Origin: a virus
Lineage: Duplodnaviria; Caudoviricetes
Virus record (IMG/VR): IMGVR_UViG_3300036885_000101
Coordinates: 1-57,822 of that record
Reading direction: 5' to 3' (one strand)
Length of the DNA: 57,822 bases
Under the pieces are notes generated by a model. The model searched no databases. It had not been told where the DNA came from and worked only from the letters and a program-made list of their open reading frames with translations. Made by a program: the position numbers and the translations under genes. Positions 47,038 to 57,113 of the stretch are shown here, in pieces (position 1 is the stretch's first letter; each line of letters starts with the position of its first letter).

Positions 47038-47330
47038 GTAGACCTTTTGGCGCAAAAGACAAAAAGCCCCGCAAAGCATACCCGAAAAATCCAAAAATAG
47101 CTTTACGAAAATGCAAATGGCAACCATGTGAAAAAATATTTACTCCAAAAACCAACGGACAATTACATTGTTGTCCGGAACACGCAAAGAAGACACTTTA
47201 TAAGAGGACAAATATATGGGCGCACGCATACGCTAAGCGCCGGTATAAAAATGATCCTGAGTTCAGACTTAAAAATTTAGAATATCAAAAAAGATGGCGA
47301 GATAAAAGAAAGATTAAAGAGGCAGCATGA
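47034..47330 (+). CDS. Basic Zn-finger DNA-binding-like protein
   Basis: SRPFGAKDKKPRK; CKWQPC..F.P..CCPEH. Confidence 0.6.
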   Translation: MSRPFGAKDKKPRKAYPKNPKIALRKCKWQPCEKIFTPKTNGQLHCCPEHAKKTLYKRTNIWAHAYAKRRYKNDPEFRLKNLEYQKRWRDKRKIKEAA

Positions 47331-47638
47331 AACACCCTCTTGATTGGATTGCCTTTGTAGATCAATTTATCGAAGTGGCGGGAAAGAACCACTGGCACAT
47401 CATAGACGCTCAAGAGAACATAGGCATGGTAAGTTTTCAGCGAATCAACGGTGACGACCATGAAAGAATAAACATCTACATTACTACCATGACGGTAGCA
47501 ACATGCGTTAACCATCCATTTAAAGGGAAGACACAGTTGTTTCGTAAAAGGCAGAGTTTTGATAATATCAAGAAGATTTTTGAAAATCCGAGGGTGCATA
47601 CAGGTGTGGGATACATTTCAAAAACGAGGAAAATGTGA
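47327..47638 (+). CDS. Hypothetical protein
   Basis: RINIY.TTMTV.T..NHP.KGKTQLFR..NPRVHTGVGY; ATGA coupling. Confidence 0.65.
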   Translation: MKHPLDWIAFVDQFIEVAGKNHWHIIDAQENIGMVSFQRINGDDHERINIYITTMTVATCVNHPFKGKTQLFRKRQSFDNIKKIFENPRVHTGVGYISKTRKM

Positions 47639-47934
47639 ATTTAAAAAAGCTACATAAGCTATGCGACGAGTTGAGAAACGAAAACTTCTTTATTCAGAAA
47701 TCGGGTGACTATCACAACATATTTTACAAAAAAGTAATACTTTGCCACGTACCCGACGACGAGCAGCTTGCTGAACACATAGCTAGAGAGTACGGAGCTT
47801 TGAGTGCAAGGATGGCCGAACACATTGAAGGGATCATAGAACAGATCGAGGCACACGCGAAACAGGAGATGTTGAACCTGAAATTTGGAGGACATGATGA
47901 GCATGAAAGACCTGAGTCAGTACCGGTTAGTTGA
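47635..47934 (+). CDS. Hypothetical protein
   Basis: GTGA coupling; GAGG RBS. Confidence 0.55.
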   Translation: MNLKKLHKLCDELRNENFFIQKSGDYHNIFYKKVILCHVPDDEQLAEHIAREYGALSARMAEHIEGIIEQIEAHAKQEMLNLKFGGHDEHERPESVPVS

Positions 47935-48241
47935 CATAGATCAAGGAAAGCTTTTGGAGGGAATCCAGAAGGAGATGAACAAGGCGGTCGCCGAGTGCAT
48001 TAAAAGGGTAACATCTACCGCTGTTAAACTGGAAATCAAATTCATCCCTGATAAGGACGAGTCTTCACAGGTGAAAATACTCTGCAAGTACCAGGCAATC
48101 TTGCCGGACCATACTCACGGCGACATTGGAATCATCGTGGACAAAACGATATGTACGCAAATGCCGGTTTCGCGGGAGAGAGTTGACGAGATTCTTGACT
48201 TCACCGGAGAAACAAAAGCAAAATTAACCCTTGCAAAATGA
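47894..48241 (+). CDS. Hypothetical phage protein
   Basis: GGAGG RBS; VKLEIKFIPD pattern. Confidence 0.6.
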   Translation: MMSMKDLSQYRLVDIDQGKLLEGIQKEMNKAVAECIKRVTSTAVKLEIKFIPDKDESSQVKILCKYQAILPDHTHGDIGIIVDKTICTQMPVSRERVDEILDFTGETKAKLTLAK

Positions 48242-48301
48242 TCGGTTTTATTTATATTATATAACAGTGTAATGCCAGTCTATTGGCGAAAGATGGATAA
48301 G

Positions 48302-49027
48302 ATGGGTTTGAAGGAAATCTCTAAAGGGCGCAGTGATGTTTTCAACGTACCTCTCGATAAGATCAAGATAATTCCTGGAAGAAACATTCGGACGGAAGAC
48401 CTTGGCGACCTGCACATGCTAGCCATGCAGCTCATTGCTGAGGGACAGAAGGAACCGTGCACGATCCGGTATTCCAAGGAAGAAGGGATAGTCGAGATCG
48501 TAGACGGAGAGCGCCGGCTTCGTGCGGCTTTGCTTGCGCGGAAAGACCACAAGTGGAAAGTAGATACCTTGAAGTGCATCACTGAGGAAGCCGGTATCAC
48601 CGAGGACAAGCGCATAGTAGCTATGTTGCACGCCAACGAAAGCAAGCCTCTGTTGCCGATGGAGCGTGCAGGAGCCTACCAGCGCCTACTCAACATGGAT
48701 TGGACACCCACAATGATTGCTGCGGCTATGGGATGTTCCAAAGCAGCGGTAGAGGGCTTCCTTGCGCTTGCGAAAGCGCCAGAAGCAATCAAGGATGCGG
48801 TGGCTAGAGGAAAGATGAGCGCCACGGCTGGTAAGAAGGCGGCAAAGGCCAAGCCTGAAAAACAAAGAGAGATCGTGGAAAAGGCTGAGAAAGGCGAGAA
48901 GATCAAGGTAAAGGACGCGGAGACGCACCGGACACAGTTCAGCCTGAAGGAAATCGAAGAGGCAATGAAAGGCTCGTGTCATGAGTGTGCGCTTAAAAAG
49001 GATCTAATTGCTGCATTGAGCGTGTAA
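48302..49027 (+). CDS. ParB/Srx N-terminal domain + HTH protein
   Basis: IVDGERRLRAA; ERAGAYQRLL..IAAAMGCS. Confidence 0.85.
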   Translation: MGLKEISKGRSDVFNVPLDKIKIIPGRNIRTEDLGDLHMLAMQLIAEGQKEPCTIRYSKEEGIVEIVDGERRLRAALLARKDHKWKVDTLKCITEEAGITEDKRIVAMLHANESKPLLPMERAGAYQRLLNMDWTPTMIAAAMGCSKAAVEGFLALAKAPEAIKDAVARGKMSATAGKKAAKAKPEKQREIVEKAEKGEKIKVKDAETHRTQFSLKEIEEAMKGSCHECALKKDLIAALSV

Positions 49028-49058
49028 GGCGAGCAAAATAAAAACACAGGAGAATATC

Positions 49059-49490
49059 ATGAATCAGGTTACTCTTTTTGGATATACCGGCAAGGACATT
49101 GAGATCCGCCAGACCAATAGTGGAGACACAGTAATTAACTTTAGCTTGAGCACTGAGGAGCGCTGGACCGACAAGCAAGGCCAAGTCCAGAAGAAAACTG
49201 AGTGGCATAACTTGGTGCAGTTCGGTAAAGGTGCCGATGTGACCGCGAAGTACGTGACCAAGGGTAGCCAGATCCTTGTTACCGGGAAGCTTCAGACGCG
49301 ATCATGGGACGACAAGGACGGCAATAAACGCCAGAAAACCGAGATAGTTGTGCAGAGAGTCGAGTTTGGCAGGCTGAAGGACCGTCAAGAAGGTCAGCAA
49401 GGTGAACCGTACCCACAGGCACCTGCCTTACAGCAGCGGCGCCGGGAACCAGGCCAGGACGACGACCCAGGCCCACAGGACGACTTCTGA
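49059..49490 (+). CDS. ssb: Single-stranded DNA-binding protein
   Basis: MNQVTLFG, KTEWHNLV, GKLQTRSW, acidic DDF tail. Confidence 0.95.
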   Translation: MNQVTLFGYTGKDIEIRQTNSGDTVINFSLSTEERWTDKQGQVQKKTEWHNLVQFGKGADVTAKYVTKGSQILVTGKLQTRSWDDKDGNKRQKTEIVVQRVEFGRLKDRQEGQQGEPYPQAPALQQRRREPGQDDDPGPQDDF

Positions 49491-49729
49491 TGATTTACCC
49501 TAAAGACGGCACGATACAAAAAGGCGATGAGGTAAAAGAGTCGTCGAGGTATCGGAAGGATATTAAGATTTGGCGTGAATGCTCCACGGGGAGCAATTAT
49601 TGTTTTTGACGAATTGAATGCAAAGATATTTCCGGGGGAAACGCTGGCTGTTATTGATGAAATGGGAATAAATTCTTTGGAAATAAAGCGTTTTAGTTTT
49701 GATAGTTATGTTTCATATGCGGTTTTATC

Positions 49730-49930
49730 GTGATTAAGTCCAGGACATGTGGAGACTGCCGGCACGCTTGTTCAAATGTTATGGCTTCTAAGTATTGTCG
49801 AAAGTGTTATTTTAATAAAACGAAGCCGAACTGGGCAAAGCAGTATTGGAAAAGTAATTATAGGTCCACTGTTGATGGTAGTACGTGGGTCCCGGAGCAT
49901 TATACTTTAGTTCGTCGGCGGAGGGGATAA
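49730..49930 (+). CDS. Small Cys-rich hypothetical protein
   Basis: CGDC..CRKC. Confidence 0.4.
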   Translation: MIKSRTCGDCRHACSNVMASKYCRKCYFNKTKPNWAKQYWKSNYRSTVDGSTWVPEHYTLVRRRRG

Positions 49931-50234
49931 TGGGACTTTGTCTGTCCTGTAAGTATAGATTCGTAAAATGTGAGCCACGTAATTTTGAAACCGAACCGGA
50001 TGGGAAGTATGTAATAATTGTAAAGTGTGGTGGGTACGAAAAGAAATCTGTAATAGTAATAAGGAGGGCTTGTGGACAGACTTGACGCGGAACAGTTTGC
50101 GGAAAAAGTGATTGATAATTGTTCTGATTTTAGTATTGAGGATATTAAAAGAAGTATTATTATAATTTATGCCTATAATATATAAGTTATAAATATTTTG
50201 ATGCTTTTACGGGATTTTAATATATAATATAGGC

Positions 50235-50834
50235 ATGAGCAAGATCCGAACTACACTTAATCCACGTGAAGAAAAGTTCTGCCAGGAATATTTAGCAGAG
50301 CCCCACCTCAATGGAAGAAAAGCAACAATAAAAGCCGGGTATAGTAAAAAAACCGCAAATGTTAAGGCCGCACAATTATTAGCTAAAATTAGTATACGAC
50401 AACGTATTAAAGAACTTCAGATACCTCTACAAAAGAAAACAGAAGTAACACAAGAAATGGTTATTGAAGAGCTTCGCCGTCTTGCTTTTGGAGACAGGCG
50501 TAATATTGTTTATAAAAAAGGTCATCGGGTTTATGTAACTGATTCTGATAAATTAAGCATTGAAGATGCGGCCTGTATTGAAAGCATGGAAAAAACAAAA
50601 ACCGGAATTAAAATAAATACAAGTTCAAAAGAAAAAGCCCTTGAACTTTTGTCTCGGCATCTTGGAATGTATGATAAAGATAGCCGAGGAAATAATACTA
50701 CCGTAATTATGCAGCCAACATTCAACTGTACTCCTGAAACTGTTCCTTTGGTACAAGACTTACTTGCGGGGAAAAAGCCTGATGGCAATAACGTTGCCGA
50801 AAGTAAACAACCTGACGCGGGTATTCACGGCTAA
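50235..50834 (+). CDS. terS: Terminase small subunit
   Basis: FCQEYL..NG.KA.IKAGYSKKTA..LL; KEKALELLSRHLGM. Confidence 0.93.
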   Translation: MSKIRTTLNPREEKFCQEYLAEPHLNGRKATIKAGYSKKTANVKAAQLLAKISIRQRIKELQIPLQKKTEVTQEMVIEELRRLAFGDRRNIVYKKGHRVYVTDSDKLSIEDAACIESMEKTKTGIKINTSSKEKALELLSRHLGMYDKDSRGNNTTVIMQPTFNCTPETVPLVQDLLAGKKPDGNNVAESKQPDAGIHG

Positions 50835-51954
50835 CACTGCCGCGTACTACACAGGAAAGGGAATTATCATCAACCAGGGCGGAACGTCATCAAGCAAAAC
50901 GTTCTCGATCATCCAGCTGTTCATCTACCTGACGGTGGGGACAGTCGGGGCCTGCATATCCTCCATCGTGTCCGAATCAATTCCCCACCTCAAGCTTGGC
51001 GCAATCCGCGATTTCAAGACCATTATGGGCGATTCCTTTTGTGAAAAGGACTTTCACCAGACAGACAACATCTACAATTTCGGCGAGGGGCGGCTGCTTG
51101 AATTCTTTTCAGCGGACAATCCCGGCAAGGTCCATGGCCCAAGGCGCAACAATCTTTTCATCAATGAAGTGAACAACGTCCCGAAAGACGTGCAGTCAGC
51201 CCTTTCGGTCCGCACACAGGGGCTTGAGGTTTACGACTACAACCCCACTGGCGAATTTTACTTGATGGAGGAAATTGGAAAGCCTGGCGTCGCGTTTATC
51301 AAAAGCACGTACCTCGACGCGAAGCAGTTTCTTCCGGCAAGCATTGTTGAGAAAATCGAATCCCGAAGAGAACGTGACCCGAACTGGTGGCGCGTTTACG
51401 GCCTGGGGGAAGTGGGGAATATCGAAGGGCTTGTTCATTCTGTTTTTACACAGTGCAATATTCCTGAAGGAAAGGGAAAAGTTTTCTATGGTCTTGACTT
51501 TGGGTATACCAATGATCCGACATGCCTCGTGAAGTGCTGTCTGCATGGCGAAGACCTGTACTGCGATGAATTGATTTATGAGACAGGCCTCAACAATCAG
51601 CAGATAGCAAAACGGTTCGAGACGCTCGGGCTGAAAAAGAACGAGACTGAGATATTTGCAGATTGTTCAGAGCCAAAAAGCATCGACGAGATACATCTTT
51701 GTGGATGGAACGTAAAACCGGCACCGAAAGGTCCCGACAGCGTGCTCAACGGCATCCAGCGTATCAATCAATATAAACAGCATTGGACAGCGCGAAGTTT
51801 GAATGCAATAAAGGAAATGCGGAACTATAGGTACTTGCAGGACAAGAACGGAAAGTATCTTAATACTCCACGCGATGACTTTAATCACGCTATGGACGCA
51901 CGAAGATATGCGGTAATTGGCAAGGGCCTTGATCGGCCAATTCAGATTTTCTAA
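50782..51954 (+). CDS. terL: Terminase large subunit (PBSX/SPP1-like)
   Basis: QGGTSSSKT, FINE, DYNP, YGLG, GLDFGYTNDP, NHAMDARRY. Confidence 0.95.
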   Translation: MAITLPKVNNLTRVFTANTAAYYTGKGIIINQGGTSSSKTFSIIQLFIYLTVGTVGACISSIVSESIPHLKLGAIRDFKTIMGDSFCEKDFHQTDNIYNFGEGRLLEFFSADNPGKVHGPRRNNLFINEVNNVPKDVQSALSVRTQGLEVYDYNPTGEFYLMEEIGKPGVAFIKSTYLDAKQFLPASIVEKIESRRERDPNWWRVYGLGEVGNIEGLVHSVFTQCNIPEGKGKVFYGLDFGYTNDPTCLVKCCLHGEDLYCDELIYETGLNNQQIAKRFETLGLKKNETEIFADCSEPKSIDEIHLCGWNVKPAPKGPDSVLNGIQRINQYKQHWTARSLNAIKEMRNYRYLQDKNGKYLNTPRDDFNHAMDARRYAVIGKGLDRPIQIF

Positions 51955-51964
51955 AGGAACATGC

Positions 51965-52297
51965 ATGGGCTTTCTATTTTTCGGCAAGCGTGACGATGAG
52001 GAAGAAAACATCCCGGATGAGATCAATAGCGAACTTGACGCGATCAAACTAAAATCAGAACTGGTTATTGTTCCCGCCGGTGAACTAACTGCGCAAGAGC
52101 AAGAACTATGGAACAATTTGAAAGCGCGGTTTGCGTTTTCGCAGAAGATAGAATCTGATTTGCATTTGCTTAAGGCGGAAAATGAATCGCATTCGACGCT
52201 ATTCTGGATTGGTTTGCGGCGAAGGTTGAAACTTGATATTAGTGAATCATTCGAGATACAAGGCGATAAGGTTGTAAAAACAAGGAGGGCACGATGA
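51965..52297 (+). CDS. Hypothetical protein
   Basis: AAGGA RBS. Confidence 0.55.
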   Translation: MGFLFFGKRDDEEENIPDEINSELDAIKLKSELVIVPAGELTAQEQELWNNLKARFAFSQKIESDLHLLKAENESHSTLFWIGLRRRLKLDISESFEIQGDKVVKTRRAR

Positions 52298-52623
52298 AAA
52301 AAGTAGCCTTACTGATAATCCTGTCAGTAATTATTTGCACGGCTGGCGCGGACACCCTGTCCGTGGTTAAGGTTACGGACACGACATACACCAAAATCTA
52401 CAAGCCCGATGTCGTGGTGAAGGCAGAAAAAAGCAGAGCTGGAAATGTTGTCGCAGGAATTTCTCTGGTTGCGCTCGGGTGTTTTGGCGGGACCGTATCA
52501 ATAGTTGACGCTTGCGACATTCCACGATATTATAAATACAATCCCAATGTCAGAACCGATGTTATTTATCTTACTATCAACGTCATGGCTATTGTGGCAG
52601 GGATTCGGTTAATATGTCCATAA
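52294..52623 (+). CDS. Membrane protein with signal peptide
   Basis: MKKVALLIILSVIICTAGA plus two hydrophobic segments. Confidence 0.6.
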   Translation: MKKVALLIILSVIICTAGADTLSVVKVTDTTYTKIYKPDVVVKAEKSRAGNVVAGISLVALGCFGGTVSIVDACDIPRYYKYNPNVRTDVIYLTINVMAIVAGIRLICP

Positions 52624-52928
52624 GGCGCTACACTTGTAACGTTCGCGGCGAATTGAACCCGCATGCAGCTGGTGATCTTGTAAAATATCTTGATCATGTC
52701 CAAGAAGTCGCCGAAATCAGAACGTATTTTATCAATAAGCTGAATGCAGTAAATCAGATCATGGTCGAAACCATAAGTAGAACAAACGAAATACAACGCT
52801 TGATTAAAGTAGCCAAATCTGATTGCAAGCAGCACAATTATGAAAAACTCAAACTTGTTTTGAAAAAATTAGAGGAAATGTGGGGGAAGGGCAAAAACGA
52901 AAGCGCAACCGATTATCATGGCAACTAA
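52614..52928 (+). CDS. Hypothetical protein
   Basis: IRRY..GDLVKYLDH pattern. Confidence 0.5.
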   Translation: MSIRRYTCNVRGELNPHAAGDLVKYLDHVQEVAEIRTYFINKLNAVNQIMVETISRTNEIQRLIKVAKSDCKQHNYEKLKLVLKKLEEMWGKGKNESATDYHGN

Positions 52929-55206
52929 AGAAATCACCCTGTATGGCCCGACCGGGGATCTTCTCACAAAGGACGTTCCCGCAGGTGGCGTTGAGATACC
53001 AGATCTTGACCCCACCTTTTTCATGTCTCCCAGTGGATCGTCGGTCAATACACGCGAGGTCGAACGCAAGCCATATTCGCTACACTGGATGGTCTACGCT
53101 TGCGCCCGTGTTATTTCTTGGAACCTTTGCAGACTTCCCCGCGTGTTTGAGGATAAGAACAATAAAAAAGTTGAGATGACGGATATTGATGACCTGTTCG
53201 GACGGCCTAATCCTTTTATGACACGGCGGACGTTCTGGGAAGCGGTGATACTCAATTTATTACTTCCGTGCCGTGAAGGTTTCGGACGTGGGCAACGTGG
53301 CGGACAATGCTTCATCGTTTGCGATAGCGGCAAGGAAGATTACCACGTCGATCTTGCTAAAGGTGAAATACCTGTTGCGATGTATCCATACAATGATCAG
53401 TATGTGAGCCCCGAGTACGACAATAGCAAACATTTCATCGGATGGAAATTTGAGATACGAGAACAAGAAATTTTGCAGCATTACGCCCCGCATGAGATAA
53501 TCCGTATCTATAATTTCAATCCTTACGACTGGTTGCGAGGATTGTCGATGTATGAACCGGCGCAAATGGCGATCATCAACGACATCAAGGCCGATGTGTG
53601 GAATAGCCGGACGTTTGACAATGACGCGATCCCGGCGGGCATACTCACGAGTGACCAGGAATTAAATGAAGCCCAGGCCATTGAGATACAAAACCGCTGG
53701 TATCAGAAGTACGGCTTCGGCAATGCTCGCCGCATCTCTGTTCTTGGCAAAGGCGCGACATTCCAGAAGATACAAAACGATGCCAAAGACATGGAGTTTA
53801 CACAACAGAAAAATAGAGTCATTGAGGAAATCCTTGGAGTTTTTGGATTGAATAAAATTGCAATTGGTAAATATGAGGATCTCAATTTCGCCACAATCGT
53901 GGAAGGCCGCAAGATGCTATGGGAAGATACATACCTTCCCATTGACGAATCCATGATGGAGCAAATCAATTCTCAATGGCTTCGCAATATCAATCCGCGC
54001 AACCCCGTTCACATGAAGGTCGACACCTCGAATATCCGCGTACTTAAGAAAGACTATTCCAAACAGACTATCGCGGCAAAGACTCTTTACAGCATGGGAG
54101 TAACGGCGGAAGTATCGTGCCGGATCAACGAAATTCCGTTGAGCGATGAGGACAAGGCAGCGATGCCGTGGATTTCTGAAAAGCCTGTTGCACCTATCGG
54201 TGGGAATTCCCCCTTCGGCGGCGGGAGCGAAGGACCGACAGGGGTTGAGCCGCCACAGAAGCAACTAAAAAATTTAGTAACATGCATACATTGTAAACAT
54301 CAATTCAATTATGGCAAAGTTTCAGAAGTTAAAATGGGGGCAGTAAGTTGTCCGAATTGTGGAAAAGTAATTAATCAAGATGGTAAAAGTCTTATTACGC
54401 GGGTGAAGTGGAATGTTGATGCGCTGGATAAGATTTCGGAGAGCTACATCGAAAAGGTGTTGCAGCCAGGCGAAAACATCATGTACAATAAGCTCCTGCG
54501 CTTCTTCACAAGTGAGCGGAATAAATTGCAGGACATGGTTGACGAGTGGTTGAACAAACAAAAGACGAAAGCCAATGATACCATTTCAGCGGATGACTTT
54601 TCGTTTGACCGTGAGGAAGAGGACTCGTATTTTATCGAAAAGATATATGCGCCTTCGGTCAAAGAACAGCTTATCAGAGAAGCGGCAAAGCTGAAAGAGG
54701 AAATCGGCCCACTTGTTAATTGGGGCGTTTCTGATGATATGATACAAGAGTTTGTCGATGCCCGCGCTGAAGGATTGAAGGCAATCAACAAGACAACTAT
54801 CAACATGTACCGGGATAAAATATCGGAGGCAATCTCTGACGGATACAAGAATACATTTACTCCGCAACAGTTTGCAAAAGCTGTTAAGGAAGCAATCTCC
54901 GACACTGGGGAGGTTCGTAAAAATCAAGCCCGTACGATTGCCCGCACAGAAACCGGGATCATTTCCAGTACGGCGCGTCAAGAAGCATTTGAAGATGAGG
55001 GCATTAAATTCAAACAATGGGTAACGGCAGGGGACGAAAAAGTCAGGGAGTCACACATAGAGGAAAACGGGAATATCGTTGACATCGACGAAGAGTTCCC
55101 TGTGACCGGGCTTATGCATCCGTGTGCTTTTGAAAATGAAGATGGAAGTCCAACTGACGCATCTGAGGTGATAAATTGCCGGTGCGTTTCTATAGCAAAT
55201 TTTTAA
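52918..55206 (+). CDS. Portal protein fused to a MuF (gp7/gpF) head-morphogenesis domain via a Zn-ribbon linker
   Basis: VYAC, RGLS, FDNDAIPAGIL, KDMEF (portal); ARTIARTE, KQWVTAGDEKVRESH, EVINCRC (MuF). Confidence 0.9.
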   Translation: MATKEITLYGPTGDLLTKDVPAGGVEIPDLDPTFFMSPSGSSVNTREVERKPYSLHWMVYACARVISWNLCRLPRVFEDKNNKKVEMTDIDDLFGRPNPFMTRRTFWEAVILNLLLPCREGFGRGQRGGQCFIVCDSGKEDYHVDLAKGEIPVAMYPYNDQYVSPEYDNSKHFIGWKFEIREQEILQHYAPHEIIRIYNFNPYDWLRGLSMYEPAQMAIINDIKADVWNSRTFDNDAIPAGILTSDQELNEAQAIEIQNRWYQKYGFGNARRISVLGKGATFQKIQNDAKDMEFTQQKNRVIEEILGVFGLNKIAIGKYEDLNFATIVEGRKMLWEDTYLPIDESMMEQINSQWLRNINPRNPVHMKVDTSNIRVLKKDYSKQTIAAKTLYSMGVTAEVSCRINEIPLSDEDKAAMPWISEKPVAPIGGNSPFGGGSEGPTGVEPPQKQLKNLVTCIHCKHQFNYGKVSEVKMGAVSCPNCGKVINQDGKSLITRVKWNVDALDKISESYIEKVLQPGENIMYNKLLRFFTSERNKLQDMVDEWLNKQKTKANDTISADDFSFDREEEDSYFIEKIYAPSVKEQLIREAAKLKEEIGPLVNWGVSDDMIQEFVDARAEGLKAINKTTINMYRDKISEAISDGYKNTFTPQQFAKAVKEAISDTGEVRKNQARTIARTETGIISSTARQEAFEDEGIKFKQWVTAGDEKVRESHIEENGNIVDIDEEFPVTGLMHPCAFENEDGSPTDASEVINCRCVSIANF

Positions 55207-55221
55207 CTTGAGGAGGGCAAA

Positions 55222-55662
55222 ATGATTAAATATGAAGGGATTGAATTTGATTCTGTAAAAGAATTAATGCAGTACCAAAACAAACAAAAGAACTCTGGGA
55301 AAAAACCAAATCTATTTCCTGATGCAGAAGCAAAAAAATTAGAATGTCAAATTGGTAATTGTGATCACGAACATTTAACATATTCTCATGGAATTGCCAT
55401 TGCTTGGCTTTTCCCCATACCACGAGAATGGCATGAGTGGGTTTGCAAAGATTGTGGAAAATCTTTTAAAAATGACCCACGACCCATAAAAAGAAATATT
55501 TGTTGTCAAGTAAGTAATTGTGAGGAAGATGCCGTTTATATAGTTCCATCAATAAAAAACGGCATTGAATGCCAAATACGTTTTTGTGAAAATCATTTTA
55601 ATTCTTTGCGTGGAAAAACAATGAGTTTTAGTGAAAAAAGTCAATCAGTTTTAATATCATAA
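55222..55662 (+). CDS. AT-rich Cys-rich hypothetical protein (moron-like)
   Basis: GAGGAGG RBS; several CxxC motifs. Confidence 0.55.
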   Translation: MIKYEGIEFDSVKELMQYQNKQKNSGKKPNLFPDAEAKKLECQIGNCDHEHLTYSHGIAIAWLFPIPREWHEWVCKDCGKSFKNDPRPIKRNICCQVSNCEEDAVYIVPSIKNGIECQIRFCENHFNSLRGKTMSFSEKSQSVLIS

Positions 55663-55728
55663 TTAAATATTTAAGAGGGCAAAATGTTTATTTATCAGGA
55701 TTTGTTGTATTTACTTTGAGGTAAAAGC

Positions 55729-56661
55729 ATGAACATTCTCATTACAGGAGGCAGCGGTTTTATCGGTCGCGCTGTTGTATCGGAACTACTTGATGCAAAG
55801 CACGATGTCACAATCCTTGATACAAAGATGCCTGACTTTCCCGGACGTGTCCATTATTTTGCATGCGACATACTGCAATCACTCGATGATCTGTTCCTGA
55901 AAATACAGCCTGAAATCGTGATTCACCTTGCCGCATGTACTGACCCTACGGCGGGACCGGATCATTTGTACAAGGTGAACGTCAAAGGGACAAAGAACGT
56001 CGTTGATGCTTGCGAGAACTTCGGTGTACGGCGGATAATCTTTGCATCAACCGGTATGGTCTATGGAAAGAATTCTGATTTGGAAGTTACGGAACAGACC
56101 GAAGTCGCGCCGGTATCGTTGTACGCTTTTACCAAAGCAGTAGGGGAAAGCCTTGTGCGTGCAAGTTCGCTTGAACATATCATCTTTCGTATGTTCAACG
56201 TGGCTGGGCCTGGCTTCACGCATAACCCGGCGCGGTATCTTGTCCCCGTGGCCCTGGCGGCGACGCAAGAGAAGCCGTTGCGCTTATTCACTGGACAAAA
56301 CGATATACGAGATTATGTTCATGTAAATGATGTTGCAAAAGCTTATATTAAAGGTATCGAAACATGCGAAAAGGGCGAAACCAACAATATCGGCACCGGG
56401 ATACCTACACGACTTGGGAAAGTGCTCTCTATGATTGCCGATGAAAGAGACTATCCAGTTCCGACAATCATTGACCACAATGCGCCAGGACTAAACAAGC
56501 AAGAAGGCGTGAACTTAACGGCTGATGCATCGAAGGCAAGGGATTTGCTTGGATGGAGACCGGAAAAGAATATTGGCGACATTATCCGTGATTCCGTGGC
56601 GTGGTGGTCTTTACATATTGGCAACAAAATGCCTAAAGGGATCATGGAGTACGCGAAATGA
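55729..56661 (+). CDS. NAD-dependent sugar epimerase/dehydratase (GalE-like)
   Basis: TGGSGFIG, HLAA, YAFTK (YxxxK), FNVAGP, RDYVHVNDVA. Confidence 0.92.
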   Translation: MNILITGGSGFIGRAVVSELLDAKHDVTILDTKMPDFPGRVHYFACDILQSLDDLFLKIQPEIVIHLAACTDPTAGPDHLYKVNVKGTKNVVDACENFGVRRIIFASTGMVYGKNSDLEVTEQTEVAPVSLYAFTKAVGESLVRASSLEHIIFRMFNVAGPGFTHNPARYLVPVALAATQEKPLRLFTGQNDIRDYVHVNDVAKAYIKGIETCEKGETNNIGTGIPTRLGKVLSMIADERDYPVPTIIDHNAPGLNKQEGVNLTADASKARDLLGWRPEKNIGDIIRDSVAWWSLHIGNKMPKGIMEYAK

Positions 56662-56840
56662 ATTCGACCGATACTATTGAGGATCGCAAATTGACAACGG
56701 GCACACGGCGATTGCTTGAGATGAAGAAGCGCAATGTGCGCGGGCGTATCACGTTCTATCTGGAAAAGGGAGACCGTGAGGCGCGCGTGAGTGAATTGGA
56801 ATGTGTGGAAAAGGAATAATAATTTAACAAGGAGGGTATT

Positions 56841-57014
56841 GTGAATTCTGTAGCATTTAAGTTTGATGTTGGTGAAAAAGTGGAAACGATTTTCGATGAA
56901 GTTGGGGTAATCGAAATGCAAGGCCGAGATGAAACCCCTTATAACAAATATTTCGTTAAAGGGAAAATACAAAATTCATGGTTCAAAGAGGAAGAATTGT
57001 CTTCCGTGAACTGA
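56841..57014 (+). CDS. Small SH3-like protein
   Basis: AGGAGG RBS; KFDVGEKV..WFKEEEL; resembles 57476 (not in the ORF track). Confidence 0.5.
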   Translation: MNSVAFKFDVGEKVETIFDEVGVIEMQGRDETPYNKYFVKGKIQNSWFKEEELSSVN

Positions 57015-57053
57015 AGAATAGTTTCTTTTTGACATAGTTCTCTACGGTCTAAG

Positions 57054-57101
57054 AAGGGCCGGTTAACCTGCGAAAGTGGGTTTACTGGTCCTTTTTGTTT
57101 T
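57054..57101 (+). terminator. Hairpin with GAAA loop and T-tail
   Basis: AAGGGCCGGTTAACCTGC-GAAA-GTGGGTTTACTGGTCCTT-tttgtttt. Confidence 0.65.
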
Positions 57102-57113
57102 GGAGCAAGTGCG

